Shown: positions 34,687 through 44,476, numbered from the stretch's first letter. The stretch is 46,629 bases of DNA from Clostridia bacterium (GCA_017455605.1 JAFSZO010000042.1:1-46629), one strand, 5' to 3'. Program-made: numbers and translations. Notes: generated from the sequence alone by a model not told the origin.

Positions 34687-35634
34687 AGTTTTTTCCTCCT
34701 TTTTCGCGAAACGCCTTTGGTTTCGCTTTCCGCACGGGTAGGCGCTTCGCCTTGATTGCGTGCGGCGTGTCCTCGCGCCCCGTTGAGAGCGCATCTCGCA
34801 CCGACAATAACGCGCAGGTCGAGATCGAGGAGTATCAGTGGTGGGTCATGGGATCGTTCCTTTCAAAACGCGCGGTGGAAAGCGCCGAAGGTCGATCTCC
34901 CGGATCGGGATCAAACGAACGACGCCGACCGATGCGAGTCGTCCGTGGAAATGCGACGCGCCGCCGCTCTTCGCGACGGTATCGCCGACGGATAACGGGG
35001 GTACCCCCGAGGATCTTATTTAATGAGTGCCTCTTGCTCCGAAACGGAACGAGCTATCACGATTTGCACGTCGCCACGCAACGCGGAAGGGGCGAAACGA
35101 TCGGCTCTGTCGGCAGACGAAAAAGACTCGGTCGCCGCGTTTTTCATTCCCATCGAACGGGGGGCAACAAAAACAGATGCCATACGATCACACTCCTTCG
35201 ACAGAAGCGCACACGTTTGCCGAAATCGGCGGCGCAGAAACCTCTGTCCAAATTTCTTTATACCATTATACCGAAAAGAAGATATTGATGTCAATAGGGG
35301 TAAAACGCCTTTCGGAAGGGTATCGTGAAAAAAACGTCATATGCTCGAGAAAATATCCCTATATTTCCGTATTTTTTCTACAGAGCTCCGATGATTTCGT
35401 CAAAAATCGTCGTGCCTGTGTAATAACGAAGCAAATCGGTTGTAAACTTTATATTTCAATCAAGCGCCCTGCTCGGCTTCTATATATTACATACATACGT
35501 AGAGTACAAACTAGTTATTAATATATAATAACGTACGTTCAAAAAGCTCTTCCTATCTTTTACACGGGCGCGGATCGGCGGGACGCCCTCCTCTCTCCCG
35601 CCGCAAGTGAGAGACGAGCCGTAACGCGGCGCGG

Positions 35635-37524
35635 CTATTCCCCGATCGGCGCGTCGCCGTCAACGCAATGCACGGTCGCTGCGGGGACGTCCTTGGTCAT
35701 ATTGGCTCCTTTCTTGACGGCGCGCCACTCGTCGGCGGTGCCCGTAAAGGTGATGTCCGTCAGACTTCCACACCACAGGAACGCCGCCTCCCCGATGCGC
35801 TTCACCGAGGACGGGATCGTGATCGAGGTCAGACTATTACACCAAGAAAAGGCGGCTCGCCCGATACTCTTCACGGAAGGGGGGATCTCGATGGCAGTCA
35901 GGTTCTTACACTCGGAAAAGGCAGCGTTCCCGATGCTCGTCAATCCCTCGGGGAGCTCGACGCTCGTCAGACTCGTGCAATCCTTAAAGGCGTTGATCCC
36001 GATACTCTCCACCGAAGCGGGAAGCGTGATCGAGGCAAGATTCTTACACGACAGGAACGCAGACGCCCCGATGCTCGTCACGCCGTCCGCGATCGCGACG
36101 GAGACCAGGTCGGCGCGACCCTGAAACGAGCTCTCCCCAATACTCGTCACGGGAGTCTTCGCGATGAGGGCGGGGATCGTCACGTCGACGTCCTTCCCCT
36201 TATAGCCCCCGATCTCGTAGCCGTTCTCCGTCTTTCTCAGCGTGAACACCTTTTTCCAATCCGCCAAGGCGTACTCCCGCACGCCCAGCGCCTTGTCCTG
36301 CCGACTCTGCGCGTAGGCGTCGAGTTTCTTTCGGCTGAACCTCTTCTGCTTGTACTCCAAGAGCGCCGCCGTGATCCCTACCTTACCCGCGGCGGCGGCG
36401 ATCGCTCCGTCCAATTCGTCTATGCCGAACGAAATCCCGATAGGCTCCTCCGTCATTCGCGCAAAAGCAGCCGCGTCGTCATCCTCTGTGATCAGCGAGA
36501 GGAAAGCCTCCTTCTTCCTTTTCAAATACGAGAGGTGATCGGGATAGAGCGGGCTCGCCCCATCCGACAACCAAACGTAGACCGTGGTCGTCTTCGCCTC
36601 TGTATCTTTACATTTACCAAACGCCCAATGCGGCACGACCGGACAATTGAGAAACGACGTGCTCGTGGCACTCTTCGGCATCGGCATCTCGATGCGTCTC
36701 AGAGCCGCGCACCTCGAGAACACGGATCTGCCCAAGAGCTCCAACTCGCCTTTAACGACGACCCGCTCCAACGCCTTGCACCCCGCGAACGCCTCCTCCG
36801 ATACCTCCGTCACGGAGGCGGGGATCTCGACCGAGGTCAAACTCGCGCAATTGTAAAACGCCCTGTACTCGATGCTCGTCACACCGAGAGGCATCTCGAC
36901 GGCGGTCAAACCGACGCACCCCGCAAAAGCCTCCCTTCGAATGCTCTCCACGCCGCTCGGGAGGGAGATCGAGGTCAAGCTCGCGCAATCGCGAAACGTC
37001 CAACGATCAATGCTCGCCAAGCTCTCGGGCAAGGTGATCGCGGACAGATTCGTGCAGCCGTCAAATACGTTGTCGCTGAGGAGCGTCACACCGCTCGGTA
37101 ACGCGATCGAGGGCAAGCTCGTACAGTCTCTGAACGCATCCGACTCAATGCGGGACAACGAACTGTCCTCGGGAAACGTGACGGAGGTCAAGGCGCTGCA
37201 CTCGCAGAACGCATATTGTCCGATGCTCGTCATGCCCTTCCCGATCACGACGGCAGTCAACCCGACGCAACCGCTGAACGCGCAGACGTCAACGCGCGTA
37301 ACGGAGTCGGGGATCTCCACCGCGCGCAGCCGTTCACAACCGCTGAACGCCCATCCCCCGATAAACGTCAAACTCTCGGGGAGGGCGACCGAGAGCAGGC
37401 GCTTTTGCTTTTGAAACACCTTCTCTTCGATGCGCGTCACGCCCTCGGGGACGACCACGTCTCCGCCCTTGCCGACGTACTTGGTCAGCACGCCGTTTTC
37501 TATGATGAAATCTTGTTTTGCCAT
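35635..37524 (-). CDS. BspA-type leucine-rich repeat (LRR_5) protein, 629 aa, no signal peptide
   Basis: Repeats of the form IP.SVT.IG..AF..C..LTSV.LP. Architecture is LRR block, ~170-aa helical linker, LRR block. The N-terminus MAKQDFIIENGVLTKY is not hydrophobic. Confidence 0.85.
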   Translation of the reverse strand: MAKQDFIIENGVLTKYVGKGGDVVVPEGVTRIEEKVFQKQKRLLSVALPESLTFIGGWAFSGCERLRAVEIPDSVTRVDVCAFSGCVGLTAVVIGKGMTSIGQYAFCECSALTSVTFPEDSSLSRIESDAFRDCTSLPSIALPSGVTLLSDNVFDGCTNLSAITLPESLASIDRWTFRDCASLTSISLPSGVESIRREAFAGCVGLTAVEMPLGVTSIEYRAFYNCASLTSVEIPASVTEVSEEAFAGCKALERVVVKGELELLGRSVFSRCAALRRIEMPMPKSATSTSFLNCPVVPHWAFGKCKDTEAKTTTVYVWLSDGASPLYPDHLSYLKRKKEAFLSLITEDDDAAAFARMTEEPIGISFGIDELDGAIAAAAGKVGITAALLEYKQKRFSRKKLDAYAQSRQDKALGVREYALADWKKVFTLRKTENGYEIGGYKGKDVDVTIPALIAKTPVTSIGESSFQGRADLVSVAIADGVTSIGASAFLSCKNLASITLPASVESIGINAFKDCTSLTSVELPEGLTSIGNAAFSECKNLTAIEIPPSVKSIGRAAFSWCNSLTSITIPSSVKRIGEAAFLWCGSLTDITFTGTADEWRAVKKGANMTKDVPAATVHCVDGDAPIGE

Positions 37525-37570
37525 AAGTTTCCTTTTTCTGTTTTTTATCTATCTCCGCGTGTGGCGAAGG

Positions 37571-40500
37571 TCACATGATCGAGGGAGGCACGTCGCCGTC
37601 CGAGCAATTCACCTTCGTGACGGGCAGGTCCGCCGCCCAGTTCGCCCACTTGTCGATGGCTGTCCACTCGGCGATGGTGCCCGCAAACGTGACGGAGGAC
37701 AGCGCACCGCAAAGAAAGAAGACGTTCTGCCCGAGTCTCCGCAACGTGGAAGGCAGCGTGATCGCGCTCAGCGAGCCGCAACGCAAAAACGCATAGCCGC
37801 CGATGTCGGTGACGCCTTCGGGGATCGCGACCGCGGTCAGAGTATGGCAATCCTCAAAGGCTTTCGGTCCGATGCGCGTCACCGGGGTGTTCCCGATGGC
37901 GGCGGGCACGTACAAGACGGTGTCCCTGCCGTCGTACCTCGTGATCACGTACCGTGACGCCTCCTTTCTCAGCCTAAACACCTCCCTCCAATCCGCCGCC
38001 GTGTACTCCCTCACGCCCAGCGCCTTGTCCTGCAGATCCTTATCGTAGGCGTCGATGCGCCGCCGGCTGTAGGTCTTGTTCTTGTATGACAGCAAAGCTG
38101 CCGTAATGACCGCCTTTCCCGCCGCGGCGTCGATCGCCGTGTCCAATTCGCTTATGCTGTACTTGATGCCGACGGAGGGGTCCGTCAATGCCGCAAAGAG
38201 CGCAACGTCTTCCTCCTCCACGATTCGGCTTAGGAACCGTCTCTTGTTTTTGTTCAGATAGGCGAGGTACTCCTGCTCGATCGGGCGCTCGGCGTCCGCC
38301 AAGCGAAGGGTCACGGAGGCGTCCTGCACCAATTGATTGCCGTACAAAGCGATCATCCAGGCAGGGACGACCGGGCACCTGAGGAAGGGGTTCACCCCCA
38401 TCCTCACCGGACGAGGCATCTTGACGCGGCGCAACCCCTTGCAATCCATAAACGCCGCCGTTCCCAGCTTGTCCAATTTGCCTTCGATGACGACGGTCTC
38501 GAGAGAGTAACAGCCATCGAACGCATTCTCCCCGACCTCGGTGACGGAGGCAGGGAGGGTGATCTCACTCAGCCGCTTGCATTGCCGAAAGGTCGCGAGC
38601 TCGATGCGCCTCACTCCATGCGGGATCGTGACAGACCTCAGATTCTCGCACAAATGGAAGGCGAAATTGCCGATGCTCCTCACGGACGGTGGAATGATCA
38701 TCTCGGTGAGGTCCAAGCAATGCCAAAACGCCGAATCGTAAATAAACCTCGTGCGCTCGTTGATCCTGCATTGCGTGATGCACGACTGTTTCGCCTTGAC
38801 AAAGATCAAGTAGGGGTTTTCCGCGTCGCCCAAATACACACCGTCTTCGTGCTCGGTGTAGCTCAGCGAGGAACATTGGTCGATGATCCCCCTGCCGAGC
38901 TCCGTCACAGAGGACGGCACGAAGAGCGCAGTCAACGCGGTGCAACAGCCGAACGCCGACCCCCCGATGCGGGTCACACCGTGCGGGACCTCGAGCTCGG
39001 TCAGCCCCGTGCATTTGTAAAAAGCACAATCCCCGATACTCGTCACGGAGGCGGGGATCTCGATGCTCGTCAGAGTCGCACAGCCGCAGAAAGCGGAATC
39101 TCCGATGCTCGTCACGCCCTCGGGGATCACGCTCGCGCGGCATCCTACGACCAGCGTCTTGGTCTCGGTCTCGATGAGGCAGTTGTTTTCGCTGTGATAA
39201 CGCGGATTGCCCTCGGCGACCGTCAACGACGTCAGTTCCTCACAGTACGAAAACGCCTCCTCGCCGATGTCGGTCACGCCGGCGGAGATCTCCACCTCGG
39301 TCAGCGCACAGCACCCCGAGAATGCCGACGCCCCGATCCGCGTCACCTCGAAAGGAATGGTCACGGCGGTCAGTTGCCGACAGCGAATAAATGCTCTGTC
39401 ACCGATGCTCGTGACGGGGTACTTGCCGATCTTGGCGGGGATGCGCAGCTCGGCGGCATCGCCTATGTACCTCACGATCTCGTACTCCGATCCCTTCTTT
39501 TTCAGCTCAAACAGCTTTCTCCACTCCGCAGGCGAGAGGGGTCTCCCTCCGAAGATCGCTTCCTCCTGCTTTAAGGCGTAGGCGTCCAGCATCACTTGGC
39601 TGTAGGTCCGCCGCTTGTAGTCCAAGAGCGCCGCGCTGAGCGCCGCTCTGCCCCCGACGGCGTCCAGCGCCGTGTCGAGTTCCCCGATGCCGAAGCGAAT
39701 GCCGATGGGCGGCTCCGTCATCGCCGCAAAAGCAGCCACGTTGTCATTCTCCGCGATCAGCGAAAGGAATCGCGCCTTTTTGCGTTTCAAATAGGCGAGG
39801 TACTCGGGATAGAGGACGCGATCCGACTGCGACAACCAGCGGTAAACGCTCTCCTCCTTTATCGGTTGATTTTTACAACGGGGAAACTCCCAGCTCGGCA
39901 CGACGGGACAACGGAGGAAGGGATACCCCTCCACCTTCGTCGGCGCGGTCATATCGATGCGATGTAATACGTAGCACCTCGAGAAGGCACGCTCGCCGAG
40001 CAGATCCAATCTGCCTTTGACTGTCACGGCATTGAGACTGCGACACCCCTCGAAGGCGCTCTCCCCGATCTCGGTGACCGACGCGGGGATCGTGACGGAA
40101 AGCAGAGCTCTGCAATAGGCAAACGCCTGATTTCCGATGACGGTCACGCCTTCTCGGATCGTGACGGAGGTCAGCGCATCACACCGGGAAAAGGAGTCGT
40201 CCGCGAGCCTCGTCAGAGAGGGCGGCAACGTGACCGAAGTCAAGCTCTTACAGAAAGCGAAAGCGCCCTGCCCGAAGGTCGTCAGCCGCCCGTCTTCGGC
40301 GAAGGTGAGCGAGGCGATGCGATCACAGCTGAAGAACGCCTGCTTCCCGATGCTCGTTACACTCGGAGGAATCGCGATCGCAGTCAACGCCTTGCACTCA
40401 CAAAACGCACCCTCCGAGATCCTCGTCACGCCCGAAGGGATCGTGACGGAGGCGAGGTGCTTGCACCGGGCGAACGCATACCGTTCGACGCACCGCACGG

Positions 40501-40651
40501 AGGACGGCAACGTGACCGAGGTCAAGGTGTCGCACATGGAAAAGGCGGACTCCCCGATCGAGAGGATGCCGTCCGGGATCACGACCGCCCCGCCTTTGCC
40601 TCGATAGCCCGTCAGTACGCCGTTTTCAACGATAAAGTCTTCCTTCTCCAT
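37571..40651 (-). CDS. BspA-type leucine-rich repeat (LRR_5) protein, ~1026 aa, no signal peptide
   Basis: Same repeat type. The LRR-linker module occurs twice, then a final LRR block. ATG 40651 (MEKEDFIVENGVLTGY) lies 8 nt after GGAAGG. Confidence 0.85.
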   Translation of the reverse strand: MEKEDFIVENGVLTGYRGKGGAVVIPDGILSIGESAFSMCDTLTSVTLPSSVRCVERYAFARCKHLASVTIPSGVTRISEGAFCECKALTAIAIPPSVTSIGKQAFFSCDRIASLTFAEDGRLTTFGQGAFAFCKSLTSVTLPPSLTRLADDSFSRCDALTSVTIREGVTVIGNQAFAYCRALLSVTIPASVTEIGESAFEGCRSLNAVTVKGRLDLLGERAFSRCYVLHRIDMTAPTKVEGYPFLRCPVVPSWEFPRCKNQPIKEESVYRWLSQSDRVLYPEYLAYLKRKKARFLSLIAENDNVAAFAAMTEPPIGIRFGIGELDTALDAVGGRAALSAALLDYKRRTYSQVMLDAYALKQEEAIFGGRPLSPAEWRKLFELKKKGSEYEIVRYIGDAAELRIPAKIGKYPVTSIGDRAFIRCRQLTAVTIPFEVTRIGASAFSGCCALTEVEISAGVTDIGEEAFSYCEELTSLTVAEGNPRYHSENNCLIETETKTLVVGCRASVIPEGVTSIGDSAFCGCATLTSIEIPASVTSIGDCAFYKCTGLTELEVPHGVTRIGGSAFGCCTALTALFVPSSVTELGRGIIDQCSSLSYTEHEDGVYLGDAENPYLIFVKAKQSCITQCRINERTRFIYDSAFWHCLDLTEMIIPPSVRSIGNFAFHLCENLRSVTIPHGVRRIELATFRQCKRLSEITLPASVTEVGENAFDGCYSLETVVIEGKLDKLGTAAFMDCKGLRRVKMPRPVRMGVNPFLRCPVVPAWMIALYGNQLVQDASVTLRLADAERPIEQEYLAYLNKNKRRFLSRIVEEEDVALFAALTDPSVGIKYSISELDTAIDAAAGKAVITAALLSYKNKTYSRRRIDAYDKDLQDKALGVREYTAADWREVFRLRKEASRYVITRYDGRDTVLYVPAAIGNTPVTRIGPKAFEDCHTLTAVAIPEGVTDIGGYAFLRCGSLSAITLPSTLRRLGQNVFFLCGALSSVTFAGTIAEWTAIDKWANWAADLPVTKVNCSDGDVPPSIM

Positions 40652-40697
40652 ATCTTTTCCTTCCGATGGCACCCCGCCGCACGCGGCAGAGGGGCAT

Positions 40698-40796
40698 TCA
40701 CTTGATCGGCGCGTCGCCGCCCGTGCAACGCACCACCGTGGTGAGGACGTACTTGGTGAGCACGCCGCCTTTTATGACAAAACCACCGTTTGCCAT
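40698..40796 (-). pseudogene. Collapsed LRR paralog: N-terminal 17 codons fused to C-terminal ~15 codons
   Basis: MANGGFVIKGGVLTKYV|LTTVVRCTGGDAPIK*. Compare MAKQDFIIENGVLTKYV... and ...AATVHCVDGDAPIGE* of the 629-aa paralog. Confidence 0.65.
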
Positions 40797-40800
40797 ATTC

Positions 40801-41340
40801 CTATTTCCCCGTTTCTCTTTGGCTGTCGGAAAAGCGATAAAATGCATTCAGCGCCGCGAGGGTAGAGGCATTCCGGCCCTCCGCCACCGCATAGCGGTCG
40901 ATGATCAGAGCCACGCGCTCCGGATCGGCGGCAAGGACGTCGGTGGTCGTGGGTTCCGCCTCCGCGCGGAAGACGCGCTCTACCCTTTTGACGTAATCGT
41001 AGGCGCTGTTGTACTTCTTACCCAGGGAGATCAGCCAATCGAAAAACGCCGTCGATGCCGGGTACTTGAAGCGCGGAGCCTGCGCCGCCGCGAACGGAAT
41101 CGGCGCCCGATTCGACATATACCTCATCTTCGGCGATCGGCGCATATCCGAGTCCGCCTCGTTCCCGTCCAACAGACGAACCGTCTCGACCAAAGTACGC
41201 GTATAGTCGTCGAGCTGCGCTTTGTCCTCGGCAGAGGACAGTCTCGAAGCGAGATCGCGGTACAGAATGGATAAAGCGTTACGCATCAATGTCCCGACCG
41301 CCGTCTCTTCCCTGCCGAGCAATTCCTCAAAAAGGTTCAT
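40801..41340 (-). CDS. Hypothetical protein (179 aa), first gene of the LRR operon
   Basis: Strong AGGAGGGGG SD before ATG 41340. Codon usage resembles the neighbours. No recognisable motif. Confidence 0.6.
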   Translation of the reverse strand: MNLFEELLGREETAVGTLMRNALSILYRDLASRLSSAEDKAQLDDYTRTLVETVRLLDGNEADSDMRRSPKMRYMSNRAPIPFAAAQAPRFKYPASTAFFDWLISLGKKYNSAYDYVKRVERVFRAEAEPTTTDVLAADPERVALIIDRYAVAEGRNASTLAALNAFYRFSDSQRETGK

Positions 41341-41448
41341 ATTCCCCCTCCTATGATAGCAGTATACCTCTTTTTCAAAACGCCGCCAAGCAATTACTTA
41401 GAAATTCTTTAGAAATTTATTTCCGATCTCCCCGTCCATCGCGGGGTC

Positions 41449-41477
41449 TTGTCACCTGCGCGCCGATATGCTATACT
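41449..41477 (+). promoter_or_regulatory. SigA-type promoter (extended -10)
   Basis: TTGTCA (41449-41454), 17 nt, TGC-TATACT (41469-41477). Confidence 0.6.
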
Positions 41478-41544
41478 GTTTACACGCGAGGTACGTTGCT
41501 ACGCCGCGAATGCGCCGCACGAATGAGAAAGGGAGGTGGATCGA

Positions 41545-42714
41545 ATGAAGACGGTGATCGTGATCATCCTGAGCCTGCTGCTCGTCCTGTCCGTCGGGCT
41601 GTTGGCATACGGAGCGACCCTATCGAACCGAGCGAACTTCGCCCCCGATCTCGGCGACCTTTTGCCTCCCGTCGCGCCGGACGAATACGCGCACGACATC
41701 GCGCTGTGGATCGAGGCGAACCTGACGTCGGAGTCCGCCTACGGGCGCTCTTTCCTGCCCGGGTACAACCCACACAAGGATCCCGCGCGTTTCGCCGCGG
41801 AGGTGGACGGATGGTTCGACGTCTTCGGCAAGCACGCCCCCGCCTCAGGCATTCCCGCCCGCTATTCGGGCGCCGAGCTCGTGAGCCACTTGATGGTGCC
41901 CGTCACCTACAACAACAATCGATCCAAGCACTTCCGCATGGCGTCGCATTTCGAGATCCACGCCGGCGGAGACGTCTTTTACTCGGACAACTTCCGCGTG
42001 CGCGAGCAGCCCGAGCCCTTCGCGGTGGACGCCTTTTACGTTTCCCGCTTTTGGGGCGGCTCTCCGACCCGCTCCTCCGCGAGCATACGCGCGTATTACA
42101 ACGATCAGAAGCTGGAGTTCGTCGGATTCGGCGTCGTCAAGGACTATGACGAAATCACGGGAGAGTACGATCTCTCCTACGGCAAGCCGACCCTCGGCAG
42201 TTGCGGCAGAGGGATGAAATCCGAGTTTCCGCGCGAAACCTACAACCTCCTGACCCTGCCGATCTATCTCGGTGAGACCGAGCTCGACTGTTCCGTCGTG
42301 GACGGCGCCACGGTCCGCCTCACCGAGCCGACGGACGAAAAGCCCTACTACACGCTGACCTTCTCCGAAGACCTCGCCACGGCGCAGACCAAGGAAAACC
42401 TCAACTCCCGCCTGAATGCGGCGCTCGGGAGCAGGATGAGCGAGATCACGCTGAAAAAGGCGGACTTCGTCGTCGAGATCTGGGAGAGCGGCGTCTTTCG
42501 CCAAGTGACCGCCGACCTCTCCGTCTCCGCAAAGATCGGCGGCAAAAAGGGAGACGGTACGATCAAGATGACCTACAAGTTCTATTACGACGACGCCTCG
42601 ACCGACGTGATCGCGCTGATCGACAGCGTCGGCTGGACGACCAAGCTCAGCCCTCAAAACCAAGCCGAGATCGCCGAGCGAAAGGCGAAAAAAGCGCAAC
42701 TTGCCGCAGCGTGA
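41545..42714 (+). CDS. Hypothetical signal-anchored/secreted protein
   Basis: MKTVIVIILSLLLVLSVGLLAYG is an N-terminal hydrophobic anchor. ATG 41545 lies 8 nt after GGGAGG. No recognisable domain. Confidence 0.7.
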   Translation: MKTVIVIILSLLLVLSVGLLAYGATLSNRANFAPDLGDLLPPVAPDEYAHDIALWIEANLTSESAYGRSFLPGYNPHKDPARFAAEVDGWFDVFGKHAPASGIPARYSGAELVSHLMVPVTYNNNRSKHFRMASHFEIHAGGDVFYSDNFRVREQPEPFAVDAFYVSRFWGGSPTRSSASIRAYYNDQKLEFVGFGVVKDYDEITGEYDLSYGKPTLGSCGRGMKSEFPRETYNLLTLPIYLGETELDCSVVDGATVRLTEPTDEKPYYTLTFSEDLATAQTKENLNSRLNAALGSRMSEITLKKADFVVEIWESGVFRQVTADLSVSAKIGGKKGDGTIKMTYKFYYDDASTDVIALIDSVGWTTKLSPQNQAEIAERKAKKAQLAAA

Positions 42715-42803
42715 CGCTTCCCTACGCCCCACAGCGCGACGGAACGCAGCGCCCCACAGCGCAAGCAAAAGAGGAGTTCCGGGCACATTTGCCCCCTCAA
42801 AAA

Positions 42804-42844
42804 CGAAAAAAAGAACGCCGAAATCGCAAACGAATCAGCGTTCT
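42804..42844 (-). terminator. Rho-independent terminator of the - strand island genes
   Basis: AGAACGC (42812-42818) / GCGTTCT (42838-42844). The A-run at 42804-42812 on + gives a U-run on the - transcript. Confidence 0.7.
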
Positions 42845-42881
42845 GAGGTTGGCTATACTTCACAAAATAGCTGTCACCTTT

Positions 42882-43007
42882 TTATTCAACAACTTCAAAA
42901 TCGCTCTCCAACATCGAGTCTTCGGCGATGTCGTTCCCTTGCTCATCGGAGAAAATCACGAGCCACCTGCCGTCAATCTTTCGCGGGTCGAGGATCGTCC
43001 CGATCAT
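42882..43007 (-). CDS. Possible 41-aa small protein
   Basis: MIGTILDPRKIDGRWLVIFSDEQGNDIAEDSMLESDFEVVE. AAGGGA lies directly before the ATG, and the terminator is 38 nt downstream. Below the ORF-track length cut-off. Confidence 0.35.
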   Translation of the reverse strand: MIGTILDPRKIDGRWLVIFSDEQGNDIAEDSMLESDFEVVE

Positions 43008-43167
43008 TCCCTTAAACTTTTTATCTGTCCATCAAATAGTGCCCGTTTTATCTCATTTGTTATTGTACACGCACCAAAAGGCTGACCTTTCATATTTCGT
43101 CCGTGCAATATTTTCATCCCGCCTTTTTTATAAAGTATACATACTGTTTTCCTATATCTTTTCTTTC

Positions 43168-44160
43168 TTATATTAGAGTGATATTGCTCAAAAAATCTGC
43201 CAAAGCGTCGATACTCATGTTTTTCGAATCGGTTTTAATATTCAAAAAACAGATGGCTTGTTCGTTTTCAATGCATACAAACCACATATGCGGATCTGTC
43301 GAGGATGTGCTCATCGCGTAGCCTTCAACATCTCCCGTTAGCTTATAGAACAGCCCTGTATCGCCCTCTTCGTTCATCGCCGAGCCGTACGTGCGCAGTA
43401 CTCGAACCCCCGCCGCGATCTCGATCGTTTCCGATGATGAGAATATCGTGGTCTGTTTTAAGTCATATTTATATGCAAATGCGATTTTGTCCGTATATTT
43501 GATTATTCCCTCTTGCGCAAAATACTTGGACAAAGCAAGCGTAGTCGGGCATAATGCATCGGAAGGATCCACAATGGAAGCAATCCTAACATAATCCTTG
43601 GACTCATTTGCGAAAAGATTCGGCATTTTGTCGTTTGTATATTCATTTGGCAAATCGAAGTGAATACTATGCCCGTTTTCGTCCGTATAAATGCGGCTAC
43701 CTACGGAAGAAGAGGTAACGGTATATTCTCCCAAATATCTTTTTGCATTGTTTCTGTCCGAGGCCCCGTCCGGATACAACATTGCGCGACGATTCACAAC
43801 GAAATACACCGAAAAGACGGAAAGCCAAAGGAGCGTCACGCACAGCACTGCGACCAAAGCGATCACAAAAACTCTTTTTACGCGCTTTTTATTGGTTGCC
43901 GCAAGATACTTGATATTACTATCTCCCTTTTCCCGCATTGCGCCGTCGGAAAGGCGTTCTCCGCATAATAGCTCGTTGACCGTCACGTTAAACTGTTCGC
44001 CAAGGATCAAAAGCATTTCCACATCGGGCATATACGTTCCCGTTTCCCACCTCGAGATAGTTTTGTTCGTCACACCGATTCTTTCCGCGAGCGCCTCTTG
44101 CGTTAATCCTTTTTCTCTGCGCAATGAAGCCAAGAACGCCCCGACTTTAACTTGATCCAT
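43168..44160 (-). CDS. Membrane-anchored XRE-family HTH regulator with an extracytoplasmic C-terminal domain
   Basis: HTH LTQEALAERIGVTNKTISRWETG, TM helix VFVIALVAVLCVTLLWLSVFSVYFVV, and a ~200-aa C-terminal domain of unknown family. AT-richer island. Confidence 0.8.
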   Translation of the reverse strand: MDQVKVGAFLASLRREKGLTQEALAERIGVTNKTISRWETGTYMPDVEMLLILGEQFNVTVNELLCGERLSDGAMREKGDSNIKYLAATNKKRVKRVFVIALVAVLCVTLLWLSVFSVYFVVNRRAMLYPDGASDRNNAKRYLGEYTVTSSSVGSRIYTDENGHSIHFDLPNEYTNDKMPNLFANESKDYVRIASIVDPSDALCPTTLALSKYFAQEGIIKYTDKIAFAYKYDLKQTTIFSSSETIEIAAGVRVLRTYGSAMNEEGDTGLFYKLTGDVEGYAMSTSSTDPHMWFVCIENEQAICFLNIKTDSKNMSIDALADFLSNITLI

Positions 44161-44320
44161 AACCCAATATCTCCTTTCTTACCTTAGCAACGGCTTCTTT
44201 ATATGCTCCGTGAGAACATCATATCAAATGCAGTGTAAGGAGTCTTTACCTCAAAACGCGAATTCTCGCTTTTATTATATCATTACTTTGACCGCGCCTT
44301 TCTAATCGAAGCTCTTTTAT

Positions 44321-44475
44321 ACACGGACAATGCCCGTGATGATATACAAGGGCAAGCGCTTGATGATATACCAAACCTTGCTTCGGTTTGGGACTTCGTA
44401 CCGCCGCTTGCGGCGGCATGATGTACACCCTGCGGGGAGCATGATGTACATTTTGCGCCCTGCGTTCGCAAAATA
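44321..44475 (+). repeat. Linker-hairpin array (GATGATATAC / CATGATGTAC words)
   Basis: GATGATATAC twice and CATGATGTAC twice. Each is followed by a short hairpin: CAAGCGCTTG, CCAAACC-TTGCTTC-GGTTTGG, CCC-TGC-GGG, TTTTGCG-CCCTGCGTT-CGCAAAA. Confidence 0.75.
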
Positions 44476-44476
44476 C

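Noticed and set aside
34752-35521. Several 90-180-aa ORFs on both strands in the cvpA upstream gap
   Set aside because: They are mutually overlapping, lack SDs, have Arg/Ser/Cys-rich compositions, and show no motif. Treated as non-coding.
35577-35603. Hairpin CGGCGGGA...TCCCGCCG as terminator of the LRR operon
   Set aside because: The 8-bp stem is good, but no U-run follows on the - strand, so it is not reported as a terminator.
35635-40672. Diversity-generating retroelement or template/variable repeat pair in the LRR genes
   Set aside because: No reverse transcriptase and no near-identical TR/VR pair. The paralogs differ throughout, not by adenine-specific substitutions.
42711-43085. 124-aa + strand ORF after the 392-aa gene
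   Set aside because: It crosses a - strand terminator and the AT-rich island boundary and has no SD. The - strand 41-aa ORF with an SD-like site and terminator explains the region better, though that ORF is itself uncertain.
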